From NCBI GenBank assembly GCA_965249835.1, contig CBDFMY010000003.1, forward strand, positions 1,249,979 through 1,313,978: DNA of 64,000 nt, written 5' to 3'. This document shows positions 1 through 9,756 of the stretch, piece after piece. The notes under the pieces are model-generated. The model worked only from the letters and a program-made list of their open reading frames with translations, did not search any database and was not told where the DNA came from. A program made the translations under genes and the position numbers. Numbering within the stretch: position 1 is the stretch's first letter; every line of letters begins with the position of its first letter. Source of the DNA: Candidatus Poriferihabitaceae bacterium. Lineage in GTDB: Bacteria > Pseudomonadota > Gammaproteobacteria > Arenicellales > Poriferihabitantaceae.

Positions 1-2711
1 CCGCCGATCTTCGCACGCTTGCTTTTCAAAGCGCGACTGGTTCCGGCAAGACGCTTCTTTTGCACGCCAATATTTTGCAATACAAACACTATCTGAAAAA
101 ATACAAACGACTACACAAACTCAACAAAATAATACTGGTAACACCGGACGAAGGACTTTCCCGACAGCACCTGCGTGAATTGCAATCAAGTGGCATCCCG
201 GCACAACTATTTTCCGATAATTCAGGCGGAGGGATGTTTTCTCACAGTGGCGGGGTAGTGGACATCATTGACCTTCACAAACTGGATGACAAGAAAGGCA
301 TTAAGCGGGTCGCTTTGGCATCCTTTGAAGAAAACAATCTTGTGATGGTGGATGAGGGTCATCTGGGCACCGGCGGCAAGGTTTGGAGAAACCGTCGCAA
401 GCAACTGGCGAAAAACGGTTTTACCTTTGAATACTCGGCAACATTTAATCAGGCGGTTTCCGGCAGTGGCGATGAAATCAAAAAACTGCGAGACGAATAC
501 GGCAAATCAATGTTGTTTGATTATTCCTATAAATTTTTCTATGAAGATGGCTACGGCAAGGATTATCAAATATCCAATCTGCAAAACACCAACGATGGCG
601 AAGCGAACAATGTTTATTTGCTTGCCTGCCTGTTGAAGTTTTATCAACAATGTCGGATTTTCGAGGATAAGGGCGGGCAGTGGCGGGAGTTCAACATCGC
701 ACCACCGCTTTGGGTGTTTCTCGGCAAGACGGTTACCGGCGGCAAGAGTGCCGGTAAGAAGGAGACAGAAACCGACGTACTCCGAATTATCTCTTTTCTA
801 TCTTGGGTACAAAGCCAACAACGAGAAGTGATAGTAATGATTAAGAAACTTGTTAGCAATAATACCGGGCTTGTCGATGAACAAGGCACGGACATATTCA
901 GTGGATCATTTTCCTACATAGAAAAGAAATCGCCGACAAGTATCTATAAGGATTTATCTTCGGTGGTTTTTCGTGGTAAGGGACAACTGCATATATCTCA
1001 TCTCAGCGGTATGGATGAAATTCAACTCAGTGCCGGAGACGGCAATCCGTTCGGGGTCATCAATGTCGGCGATGCATCCGGGCTTTATAGCAAACTTGGA
1101 GATGTCAAAAATCAACTCTTTACACTTTCAAAGGACGCATTTTCCAAACCGCTGTTTGCCGATGTGGATAACAACAATTCGCCGGTGAATATCGTTATCG
1201 GTGCGCGCAAATTTGCCGCCGGATGGAATTCTTGGCGTGTCAGCACCATGGGGCTGATGCATGTGGGCACTGGCGAGGGGCCGCAAATCATCCAGATGTT
1301 TGGCCGGGGTGTTCGTCTCAAGGGACGCGACATGTCGCTCAAGCGGCATACCGCACTTGAAGGCGCAAGTCCGCAGGATGGCGACCTGCTCAAATTGCTT
1401 GAAACGCTCAACATCTTCGGTCTCAAAGCCAACTATATGGATAAGTTCAAACACTACCTTCAACAGGAAACCGGTGAAGTTGAACAGATTGTCGTTAAAT
1501 TGCGGCCAGGGAAGGATTTCAAAAAAGCGCGCCGCCTTAAAATGATTAGGAAGCGCAAGAGCGCAGGAGAGTTTAAGTATTCCGACGAGCGGATTGATTT
1601 GCCCTTGATCCCCGACCTGACAATAAGGATTGACCGTTACAAGCATTTACAGATTCTTGAATCGAGACAACAAAATCATGATGATGCCGAATCTATCACA
1701 ACAGGCAAATTGAAAAAACAGCATGTGGATTTGATTAACAAATTGTCGGTTTATCATCGAGTTCTTGAACGCAAGCATAGACTGTCATGGCATAACATGA
1801 CTGTTTCTCAGAAAGCGGTGGACACGCTACTTGAAAATGGCGATTGGTATGAACTTTACATTCCACTGGAAAAATTGGAGTTTTCCGAACATGGGCGAGT
1901 GCGAGAATGGGAAGACCTTGCGGTGGATTTAATTTGCGAATATGCCGATCAATACTGGCGCAAAGAACGAAATATTTGGGAACACCAGCACATGGAAGTT
2001 GTGCCGCTGGATGATGACGATCCGAACCATGTTTATGAATACAAACTATCGGTTGATGCTAAAGAGAAGGCACTGATTAAAGACATTGAACAGATGGCAG
2101 AAGATGTGAAACAAGGGCAATACAATGAGATATATCCATTATCAGGCGGGTATCAACTTTCATTATTGAATCCAGGTTTCCACGCATATATACCTTTACT
2201 CCATGCCAAACCTCATGACTCAGCAAAAATCACGCCTATTCCTTTGAACGAGGGAGAAGCGAAATTTGTCAAGTATCTGAAGGATCTTGTGGAATACAAA
2301 CATAATTTTGATGTTTTGCAAGGCAAAGAAATCTATCTGATGCGTAACATGAGTCGGGGTAAGGGCGTTTCTTTTTTTGATGATTATTCTTTTTATCCGG
2401 ATTTTATTCTTTGGCTTGATGATTCAACAAGACAGGATATATTGTTTATCGATCCGAAAGGTCTTGTGCATTACGACTCAAAAGTTAACTCAAAAGTGAA
2501 TCTACACGAGCGAATAAAGGACACCGAGAAGAAAATTCAGCAGCAAAATAGCCGTCTTTTCTTACATTCTTATATATGGTCAGCCACGCAACCTAAAGAC
2601 ATTGGCGGAGAGAAACCAATGACAGCAAAAAACCGCCAAAAACAAGGGATAGTCTTGGCGAGCCAAGGGATGTCAGGAATTCAAAATCTCTTACAAGATG
2701 CCCTGAAGTAA
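1..2711 (+). CDS. SF2 (DEAD/DEAH-type) helicase with C-terminal PD-(D/E)xK-like nuclease motif; 5' end outside window
   Basis: Frame is open from nt 3. Upstream of the track's 'M' (actually TTG at 60) it reads ADLRTLAFQSATGSGKTLLL (helicase motif I/Walker A). VMVDEGH = motif II; QMFGRGVRLKG = motif VI. The C-terminus has YPDFILWLDD...ILFIDPKG. AT-rich relative to flanking core genes. Confidence 0.75.
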   Translation, partial: ADLRTLAFQSATGSGKTLLLHANILQYKHYLKKYKRLHKLNKIILVTPDEGLSRQHLRELQSSGIPAQLFSDNSGGGMFSHSGGVVDIIDLHKLDDKKGIKRVALASFEENNLVMVDEGHLGTGGKVWRNRRKQLAKNGFTFEYSATFNQAVSGSGDEIKKLRDEYGKSMLFDYSYKFFYEDGYGKDYQISNLQNTNDGEANNVYLLACLLKFYQQCRIFEDKGGQWREFNIAPPLWVFLGKTVTGGKSAGKKETETDVLRIISFLSWVQSQQREVIVMIKKLVSNNTGLVDEQGTDIFSGSFSYIEKKSPTSIYKDLSSVVFRGKGQLHISHLSGMDEIQLSAGDGNPFGVINVGDASGLYSKLGDVKNQLFTLSKDAFSKPLFADVDNNNSPVNIVIGARKFAAGWNSWRVSTMGLMHVGTGEGPQIIQMFGRGVRLKGRDMSLKRHTALEGASPQDGDLLKLLETLNIFGLKANYMDKFKHYLQQETGEVEQIVVKLRPGKDFKKARRLKMIRKRKSAGEFKYSDERIDLPLIPDLTIRIDRYKHLQILESRQQNHDDAESITTGKLKKQHVDLINKLSVYHRVLERKHRLSWHNMTVSQKAVDTLLENGDWYELYIPLEKLEFSEHGRVREWEDLAVDLICEYADQYWRKERNIWEHQHMEVVPLDDDDPNHVYEYKLSVDAKEKALIKDIEQMAEDVKQGQYNEIYPLSGGYQLSLLNPGFHAYIPLLHAKPHDSAKITPIPLNEGEAKFVKYLKDLVEYKHNFDVLQGKEIYLMRNMSRGKGVSFFDDYSFYPDFILWLDDSTRQDILFIDPKGLVHYDSKVNSKVNLHERIKDTEKKIQQQNSRLFLHSYIWSATQPKDIGGEKPMTAKNRQKQGIVLASQGMSGIQNLLQDALK

Positions 2712-2717
2712 CCCATC

Positions 2718-4052
2718 TCAGCCGGCTTTCATAGAAACTACAATCCGCGGATAATACCGCCACAAAGTCGCTGCGCGGATTAGCATGAAGCACGACAGAG
2801 CGAGGAACAATCCGTGGTTGCCGAGCAATGGAATCAGCAACGCAACGAGTGCAAGGTAGACGGCGGTGGATACCAGCATGGCGTTGCGCATTTCGCGGGC
2901 GTGGCCGGTGCCGATGAAAATACCGTCCAGTTGGAAACTCCACACTGACAGCAACGGCAGCGCCATCATCCACCCCATGTATTGCTTTGATACATCAAGC
3001 ACCGCGTCGATGTTGGTGAACAAGCCGATGATTTGTCCGCCGAACAACAAATAGGCGATGCTCGCCAGCAACGCTCCGGCGGCGGCCCACGCGGTGGACA
3101 CGCGCACCGCACGCCGGAATGTGCGCGGGTTGCGCGCGCCGTAGGCACTGCCCGCCAGTGCTTCGGCGGCGTGAGCGAATCCATCCAACGCGTACGCCAT
3201 GATGCTTTGCAGGTGCAATAAAATCGTATTGGCCGCCAACACCACTTCGCCGAGGCGCGCGCTTTGCGCAGTGAACCAGGCGAACGCAAACATCAGGCAC
3301 ATGGTGCGAACGAAAATATTTCCGTTGGTGCGCATCAACTCGATCATGGCATCGGTCGCCAACACTTCGTTCCATCGAATGGAAGTCAGCGCGCGTCTAA
3401 TTTCAACCCGCAACATAAAGAAGCCGATGGTGGCGGATACATATTCGGCGATCAATGTCGCCCATGCCACGCCGACGACTCCCAGTTTCAACACCGCAAC
3501 GAATAGCAAATCCAACGCCACGTTGGTGAGATTTAAAGTCAGCACCAGGTATAGGGCGCGGCGGGTGTTGTGCATGCCGATGAACAGGCCGGTGAACACA
3601 TAAACACACAGCGTCGCCGGCGCGCTCCACACGCGAATCAACGAATAGTCGGCCGCCAGTTGTTCGACTCGAGGGCTACTTTGCAGAAAGTATAAAGCCA
3701 TTGCAATGAGCGGTTTGCCGAGCGCGATGATGACCAGTCCGAACAACAATGCCAGCAACAGCACCCGTAGTAGCGTGCGCGAAAGCATTCCGGCATCTCC
3801 GGTGCCAACTGCGCGGGCGATGAAACCGGTGGTGCCCATGCGCAGGAAACCAAACCCCCAGTAAAGGAAGGTGAATATCAGCGCGCCGAGGGCGACCGCG
3901 CCGATGTGATGCGGTTGCGGCAGGTGGCCGACCACGGCGGTGTCCACGGCACCCACCAGCGGCACCGAAATATTGGAGATGATCATTGGACCCGCCAGCA
4001 TCCACACCGTGCGGTGGGTGATGTTTGTCGGTGCGCGGTTCGGTGATGTCAT
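2718..4052 (-). CDS. dinF: MATE family efflux transporter (DinF-like)
   Basis: 444 aa polytopic membrane protein. N-terminus HRTVWMLAGPMIISNISVPLVGAVDTAVVGHL is typical of MATE/DinF proteins. Confidence 0.75.
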   Translation of the reverse strand: MTSPNRAPTNITHRTVWMLAGPMIISNISVPLVGAVDTAVVGHLPQPHHIGAVALGALIFTFLYWGFGFLRMGTTGFIARAVGTGDAGMLSRTLLRVLLLALLFGLVIIALGKPLIAMALYFLQSSPRVEQLAADYSLIRVWSAPATLCVYVFTGLFIGMHNTRRALYLVLTLNLTNVALDLLFVAVLKLGVVGVAWATLIAEYVSATIGFFMLRVEIRRALTSIRWNEVLATDAMIELMRTNGNIFVRTMCLMFAFAWFTAQSARLGEVVLAANTILLHLQSIMAYALDGFAHAAEALAGSAYGARNPRTFRRAVRVSTAWAAAGALLASIAYLLFGGQIIGLFTNIDAVLDVSKQYMGWMMALPLLSVWSFQLDGIFIGTGHAREMRNAMLVSTAVYLALVALLIPLLGNHGLFLALSCFMLIRAATLWRYYPRIVVSMKAG

Positions 4053-4238
4053 GGGTGTCGGTCGCCCGGTCGGAGCGTGTTATCGGCGGCATGTCTGCCC
4101 GGATACTATACTTAACTTCCCCCTTTCATTGCCCTTTACTTCACTGCGTTTGGGGATACAATCCGCCGACTTCGTCGAGTCGGGCGGGGATGCGTTATCT
4201 CGGGCGGGAAGCCGCAAGGTTTCCAGATTGGTCAATTT

Positions 4239-5567
4239 TTGGCGAGGCAATGGCTCATGTGGAACGACGTGCGCGCGACCTGGGCGCTACTGGTGGGCAT
4301 CGGTTTCATGATGCTTGGCAATGGTCTGCAAGGGACCTTGCTTGGCCTTCGCGCCACCATGGAAGGATTCCCCACTTTCACCACCGGCATCATGATGTCG
4401 GGCTATTTCGTCGGCATTTTCATCGGCTCGGTTTTTGCGCCGCGACTGGTGGGGCGGGTTGGCCACATCCGCGTTTTCGCGGCCCTCGCCTCGGCCGCTT
4501 CCATCGCCATCCTCATCCACGGACTGTATGTCCATGTGCTCACCTGGACTTTGATGCGCCTGATTACTGGCATCAGTTACGCCGGTTTGTTTGTGGTCAC
4601 CGAAAGTTGGTTGAACGATCGCGCCGGCAACGAAAATCGCGGCAAGTTGCTGTCCATTTATATGGTAATCGTCACCTTGGGATTGGGCTGCGGGCAGTTT
4701 ATGCTGAACCTCGCAGACCCGGCCGGAGTCGATTTGTTTATTCTGGTATCGGTGGTGGTGTCGTTCGGATTGATTCCCATGTTATTGACCGCTCGCCCGG
4801 CACCGGCCTTTGAGATGTCCGGCAAGATGACTCTGCGGCGATTGTTCAAGGCATCGCCGCTGGCGGTCATCAGCAACACCCTGACCGGCGTCGCCCACGG
4901 AACCATCTTCGGTCTCGGCGCGGTGTATGCGCGACAAAAAGGATTCAGCGTGGAGATGGTGTCCATTTTCATGGCTTGTTTTTTGTTCGGCGGGTTGCTG
5001 TTTCAATGGCCCCTCGGCATCTTCTCCGACCGCTTTGACCGCCGCGTGGTGATGGCGGGGATGGCTGGAGTTGCCGTAATCCTGACGTTGCTGACGGTAT
5101 TCCTATCGGCCGGTAGCGTATTCTTTTTTGTGGTCATCGCATTGCTCGGCGGCGTCGCCATGCCGATGTATTCGATGTGCATCGCCTACGCCAACGATCG
5201 GCTGGAACCCGAAGAGATCGTCGCCGCCAGCGGTAGTTTGGTGATGGTCGCCGGAATCGGCTTGAGCACGGGCCCCATCATCGTGTCGTTCTTGATGTCG
5301 CAGTTCGGGCCAAACTTTTATTTCACCGGCATCGGCGGCGCGTTCGCTTTAATCTTTTTGTTCGCGGTGTATCGAATGGGGCAACGCGCCGGTGTGGATG
5401 TCGAAGATCAGTCGCCGACACTTGCGGCCGGACAGATTGGCACACCGATCGCTGAAATCTGTGCCACGGATGCGGTGGATTATGTCGAAGCGGTGGCCAG
5501 CGGCGAGGTGGAACGGCTCGACCAACAAGAAGCGACCACCGAGCAGGATGTGGAACGACGCTTGTAG
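4239..5567 (+). CDS. MFS transporter
   Basis: 442 aa with about 12 hydrophobic segments; MFS-like loop motifs (GRVGHIRVF, DRFDRR). An internal start at MWNDV is possible. Confidence 0.7.
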   Translation: MARQWLMWNDVRATWALLVGIGFMMLGNGLQGTLLGLRATMEGFPTFTTGIMMSGYFVGIFIGSVFAPRLVGRVGHIRVFAALASAASIAILIHGLYVHVLTWTLMRLITGISYAGLFVVTESWLNDRAGNENRGKLLSIYMVIVTLGLGCGQFMLNLADPAGVDLFILVSVVVSFGLIPMLLTARPAPAFEMSGKMTLRRLFKASPLAVISNTLTGVAHGTIFGLGAVYARQKGFSVEMVSIFMACFLFGGLLFQWPLGIFSDRFDRRVVMAGMAGVAVILTLLTVFLSAGSVFFFVVIALLGGVAMPMYSMCIAYANDRLEPEEIVAASGSLVMVAGIGLSTGPIIVSFLMSQFGPNFYFTGIGGAFALIFLFAVYRMGQRAGVDVEDQSPTLAAGQIGTPIAEICATDAVDYVEAVASGEVERLDQQEATTEQDVERRL

Positions 5568-5621
5568 CGCACGCACGGATAACGGATTACCTTTTTGGAG
5601 TATGATTACGCGCAATAGAGG

Positions 5622-6557
5622 ATGGTCAAAGGTGCCATGCATAATAACTTTTCCCTGCGAACTCGAAACGATGCCGGCGGCACACCGCTACTGTCGGACT
5701 GGGGCGCAAACTGCGACTATGGTGTGTTGCGCGATGTGTTGCTTGGTCCGGTCGATCACTATCAATGGTTGAACACCAGTTCGGTGTCGAAAAAAAGTAT
5801 TCGGCGCAATCTTGCGTTTGATCACGCCACCGCCAAAGCCCAACACGCCGAGATGATTTCCGCTTACCAGTCAGCCGGCGTTACCTGCCATTTCCACGAA
5901 GCGGATGCGGCGTTGCCATATCAGGTGTTTGCGCGAGATTCATCGGCGATGACGCCTTTTGGCGCCATCATAACCAACATGGCGAACTGGTGGCGGCGCG
6001 GCGAAAATTTCCGTGCCATCGAAACTTACGCACGCCTCGGCATTCCCATCTACGACTATGTGACCGCCGGACACTTTGAAGGCGGAGATTTTAATGTCAT
6101 TGAACCGGGCACCGTGCTAATCGGTTGGGAAGGCGACGAAGGCCGCAGTCAGCGGCAGGGCGCGTTGCAATTGCAAAACTGGTTTGAAGCCGAAGGTTGG
6201 GAAGTGATGCTGGCTGACATTGATCCGTTCTATGTGCACATTGATCTCATGGTGGTGATGCTGGCACCCAAACTCGCCGCCGTGTGCCTCGAATCCACCG
6301 ACCCGGAAGTGGTCGCGTGGCTTCAATCCAAACAAATCGAATTGGTGGCGGTGCCGTTTCAGGACACGCTGGATCTCGGTTGCAATGTCGTGGCGTTGGG
6401 CGATGACCGCATTTTGCTACCGAAAAAAAGCAAAGTGCTAAAACAAAAAGCCCGCGCGCTGGGGCTTGCGGTGTATGACCCGGATGTGTCCATGATCACA
6501 CCGGGCGGCGGTGGAGTGCACTGCATGTGTCAGGCGTTACGCCGCGACCCGGCATAA
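5622..6557 (+). CDS. Amidinotransferase / dimethylarginine dimethylaminohydrolase-arginine deiminase superfamily enzyme
   Basis: C-terminal GGGGVHCMCQALRRD (catalytic Cys context of guanidino-group modifying enzymes); FEGGDF and ARDS motifs. Confidence 0.65.
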   Translation: MVKGAMHNNFSLRTRNDAGGTPLLSDWGANCDYGVLRDVLLGPVDHYQWLNTSSVSKKSIRRNLAFDHATAKAQHAEMISAYQSAGVTCHFHEADAALPYQVFARDSSAMTPFGAIITNMANWWRRGENFRAIETYARLGIPIYDYVTAGHFEGGDFNVIEPGTVLIGWEGDEGRSQRQGALQLQNWFEAEGWEVMLADIDPFYVHIDLMVVMLAPKLAAVCLESTDPEVVAWLQSKQIELVAVPFQDTLDLGCNVVALGDDRILLPKKSKVLKQKARALGLAVYDPDVSMITPGGGGVHCMCQALRRDPA

Positions 6558-6580
6558 TTGGCATTCCTCGGCATCTCTCA

Positions 6581-7561
6581 ATGTTAATCATAGACGGATT
6601 GCAATACGCCAACTGGAGTCGGCCGCTGTTGGAAGAAATGCGTCGCGGCGGATTGGATTGTGTGCATGTAACCATCGCCTATCACGAAACTTGCGTCGAA
6701 ACCTTGCGTAACATCGGTCAATGGAACCGATTGTTTGAACAACACGGCGACCTCATCACAAAAGTCGGCACCGCGGATGAAGTCATCGCCGCCAAACAAG
6801 CCGGCAAAACCGGCCTAATGTTCGGTTTTCAAAATTGCTCGCCCATTGAAGACGATTATGCGTTGGTGGAAATTTTTCACACGCTCGGTGTGCGCTTTAT
6901 GCAACTCAGTTACAACAACCAGAGTTTGCTCGCCACCGGTTGCTATGAAAAAAACGACTCCGGCATCACCCGCTTCGGCAAGCAAGTCATCCGCGAGATG
7001 AACCGAGTCGGTATGGTGGTGGATATGTCGCACAGTGCCGAGCGTTCCACGCTGGAAGCGATCGAGTATTCATCCCGCCCCATCGCCATCACCCACGCCA
7101 ACCCCGCTTCTTTCGAACCGGCGTTGCGCAACAAATCCGACCAGGTGCTAACCACCCTCGCCCAAAGCGGCGGCATGTTCGGTTTCAGTTTGTATCCGCA
7201 TCATCTCAAAGGCGGCTCGGCTTGCCAGTTGGAAGACTTCTGCATGATGATTGCGCGCACCGCCGAGTTGATTGGCATCAAACACCTCGGCATCGGCTCC
7301 GACCTGTGCCAAAACCAGCCGGATGCGGTGGTCGCGTGGATGCGAAACGGCAGATGGAGCAAGACCACCGACTACGGTGAAGGCACCGCCGACCATGCCG
7401 GCTGGCCGACGCAACCGGAATGGTTCAGCAACAGCACGCACTACGACAATCTCGCCCAAGGGTTGGCGCGAGTTGGATTTTCCGAAGACGAAGTGGAAAA
7501 AATCATGGGACGTAACTGGCTTAATTTTTTTGCGCGATCGTTCGGCGCAGCGGATTCCTGA
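6581..7561 (+). CDS. Membrane (renal-type) dipeptidase, peptidase M19 family
   Basis: MLIIDGLQYANW start, DMSH, ITHANP and GIGSD motifs typical of M19. Start moved to the ATG at 6581, downstream of the preceding stop at 6557. Confidence 0.8.
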   Translation: MLIIDGLQYANWSRPLLEEMRRGGLDCVHVTIAYHETCVETLRNIGQWNRLFEQHGDLITKVGTADEVIAAKQAGKTGLMFGFQNCSPIEDDYALVEIFHTLGVRFMQLSYNNQSLLATGCYEKNDSGITRFGKQVIREMNRVGMVVDMSHSAERSTLEAIEYSSRPIAITHANPASFEPALRNKSDQVLTTLAQSGGMFGFSLYPHHLKGGSACQLEDFCMMIARTAELIGIKHLGIGSDLCQNQPDAVVAWMRNGRWSKTTDYGEGTADHAGWPTQPEWFSNSTHYDNLAQGLARVGFSEDEVEKIMGRNWLNFFARSFGAADS

Positions 7562-7681
7562 CAGGCATTAAAAAAAAAATGAGAATTCATGAGTTTTTTG
7601 TATCCGGTGAAAATACGCCTGTCAGGTTTGGTCGTTGCCGGCGGGTGCATTGTTGTGAGTTGCGCATAAACATAAAAAGGA

Positions 7682-8557
7682 ATGAACCAGATGCTTGAAC
7701 ATAACAAAATCGTTAAAGGCGATACATTTCATTTGCTACCAAAAATCGAAGAGGAAAGCATTGATTTAATTGTTTGTGACGGACCATACAGTGTCACGAC
7801 GAACGAATGGGACAGAGTCGGTTCGATTCAAGAATACAACTTGAATTTATTAAAAATATTTTCCACCAAACTAAAAGATGGCGGTGCTTTATATCTATTT
7901 GGAAAAAATGATTGTATTGATTTTATCGATTATCGATCTTATTTGAATCTTAAATCCAAAATTGTCTGGTATCAGCCCAGTCGGCTTTCCCATGGGCGGG
8001 TCAGTTTCACCAATAATTACGATATAATTTGTTACTTCGTCAAAGGCGATAAACCAAAAACTTTCAATTTGGATTCAATAAGAGTCCCGCAGTTGGTTGA
8101 ACTGCAACATCGCTTAAGATGCGAAAATGTGCCTTCCGTTCGAACCGGAAAATATGGCAGAACAAAATTTAATGACAAAGGAAAAAACCCGGGTGATGTG
8201 TGGGGAGATATAAAGCAATTGACTTATAAATCAAAAGAATTAGTCAGCAGGGAAGCACTCAACACAATTCAAAAGCCAGAAAAACTTTTTGAAAGAATTA
8301 TATTGGCCAGTTCAAATAAAGATGATCTTGTTTTAGATCCTTTTTGCGGAGTTGGAACAACAGCGGTTATGTGTAAAAAGCACAAAAGAAATTTTATTTG
8401 TTTCGAGAAAAATCACCAACTCGTAGAATGGGGGAATGAAAGAATAATGCGGTTGGGAAAAATTGAAATGGCACAACAAAGTGATTTATCCCAACCCATA
8501 ATCGAGCCCCCAATGTCACCAGTGGCAACGCGGCCTTCCCCGCCACACACCGCCTAA
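7682..8557 (+). CDS. Beta-class DNA methyltransferase (N6-adenine or N4-cytosine), orphan
   Basis: Motif IV variant IVCDGPYS near the N-terminus and motif I DPFCGVGTTAV near the C-terminus (beta-class order); TIQKPEKL. AT-rich. AAGGA lies 5 nt upstream of the ATG. Confidence 0.85.
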   Translation: MNQMLEHNKIVKGDTFHLLPKIEEESIDLIVCDGPYSVTTNEWDRVGSIQEYNLNLLKIFSTKLKDGGALYLFGKNDCIDFIDYRSYLNLKSKIVWYQPSRLSHGRVSFTNNYDIICYFVKGDKPKTFNLDSIRVPQLVELQHRLRCENVPSVRTGKYGRTKFNDKGKNPGDVWGDIKQLTYKSKELVSREALNTIQKPEKLFERIILASSNKDDLVLDPFCGVGTTAVMCKKHKRNFICFEKNHQLVEWGNERIMRLGKIEMAQQSDLSQPIIEPPMSPVATRPSPPHTA

Positions 8558-8991
8558 CCCTCCCGAATTCGCTCAATCAACGCCGAAGTGGATAGTTGAA
8601 ACTGGAATTTCAGTGAATGGACTTTACCGCCCCAGCCGATTACTTCTTTGCCACCGACAATCTCTTCCAGCGGCCAGTCGCCGCCTTTCACCAGATAATC
8701 TGGTTTTATGCGGGTGATTAACTCAAGGGGAGTGGTCTGGTCGTAGGAAATCACGGCATCCACCGAAGCCAATGCGGCCAGCAACGCCATGCGATCGGGC
8801 AACGGATTGATTGGTCGCCCGGGGCCTTTGTTCAGTTGGCGAACCGATTGGTCGCTGTTCACGCCCACCACCAGCATCGCGCCCAGGGCGGCGGCCTGTT
8901 CGAGGTAACTGCTGTGGCCTCGGTGCAGCAGGTCGAAACAGCCGTTGGTGAAAACCAGCGGGCGCGGCAACGCGGCGAGCCAGTCATCCAA
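8554..8991 (-). CDS. hldC: D-glycero-beta-D-manno-heptose 1-phosphate adenylyltransferase (RfaE domain II-type cytidylyltransferase)
   Basis: FTNGCFDLLHRGHSSYLEQA (HxGH nucleotidyltransferase motif); a 145-aa stand-alone domain. Confidence 0.8.
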   Translation of the reverse strand: MDDWLAALPRPLVFTNGCFDLLHRGHSSYLEQAAALGAMLVVGVNSDQSVRQLNKGPGRPINPLPDRMALLAALASVDAVISYDQTTPLELITRIKPDYLVKGGDWPLEEIVGGKEVIGWGGKVHSLKFQFQLSTSALIERIREG

Positions 8992-9084
8992 CTCGACCCC
9001 GTGGGCCGGGTCGTAAATTTTTCGTTCAATTTCGATGGGGCTGCGCTCGATGAGTCTGGCAAACCGCGGTCGCCAATCTTGACA

Positions 9085-9654
9085 TCAGTCGATATATTCA
9101 AACACCTTGACGATGTGTGTGATGCCGCGGATGTCACGGATGGCATTCACGGTAGCCTCGGCTTCCACGTTGGTCACTCGTCCCAGCAGATAAACCTTGC
9201 CGTGTTCGGAGACCACTTTGACCGCGCTGGCCGGCAGGTTCGGCGTCTTCAGCAGGCGCGCCTTGACCTTGCCGGTAATCCATATATCGTTCAGTCGACT
9301 GGAGAAATTGGTTTTGCCCGCCAGCGTTAACTCATTTGCCACGCTTGCCACTTCGCCATTTGTTTTGTATTGCTCCACCACCGCGCTTGCTCGTTGCCGC
9401 TGGTCGTCGCTGTTCACCTGGCCGGTCAACAACACCACACCATTGAATGCGGTAACGCTGATGTTCACGCCTGATCCGAGCGCGGGGTCTTGGTCGAAGT
9501 CGCTGCGCAGTTTTAATTCAAGGGTATTGTCATCCAAATATTTCCCCGGGGTGCGCCGGTCCAGGCTGACATCAATCGCGGTCACCGAGGCGGTGATTAC
9601 CAGCGGGATGCAGGCGTTCAAAGGCAACAATGTGGCCAGCAACAAAGTCCGCAT
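9085..9654 (-). CDS. dolP: BON-domain outer-membrane lipoprotein DolP (YraP)
   Basis: Signal peptide plus lipobox MRTLLLATLLPLNAC; two BON-like halves; conserved position downstream of diaA. The track ORF extends to 9753; the lipoprotein start at 9654 is preferred. Confidence 0.8.
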   Translation of the reverse strand: MRTLLLATLLPLNACIPLVITASVTAIDVSLDRRTPGKYLDDNTLELKLRSDFDQDPALGSGVNISVTAFNGVVLLTGQVNSDDQRQRASAVVEQYKTNGEVASVANELTLAGKTNFSSRLNDIWITGKVKARLLKTPNLPASAVKVVSEHGKVYLLGRVTNVEAEATVNAIRDIRGITHIVKVFEYID

Positions 9655-9756
9655 GAAAATTTTCACGGCAGGGACTTTGCCAAAAGCAAGCACCCGGTTG
9701 CGTGCGGTGGGTTTGAAATTGAAATTGAGCGGGGAGGGGGGTTTTGTCGCCATGAG

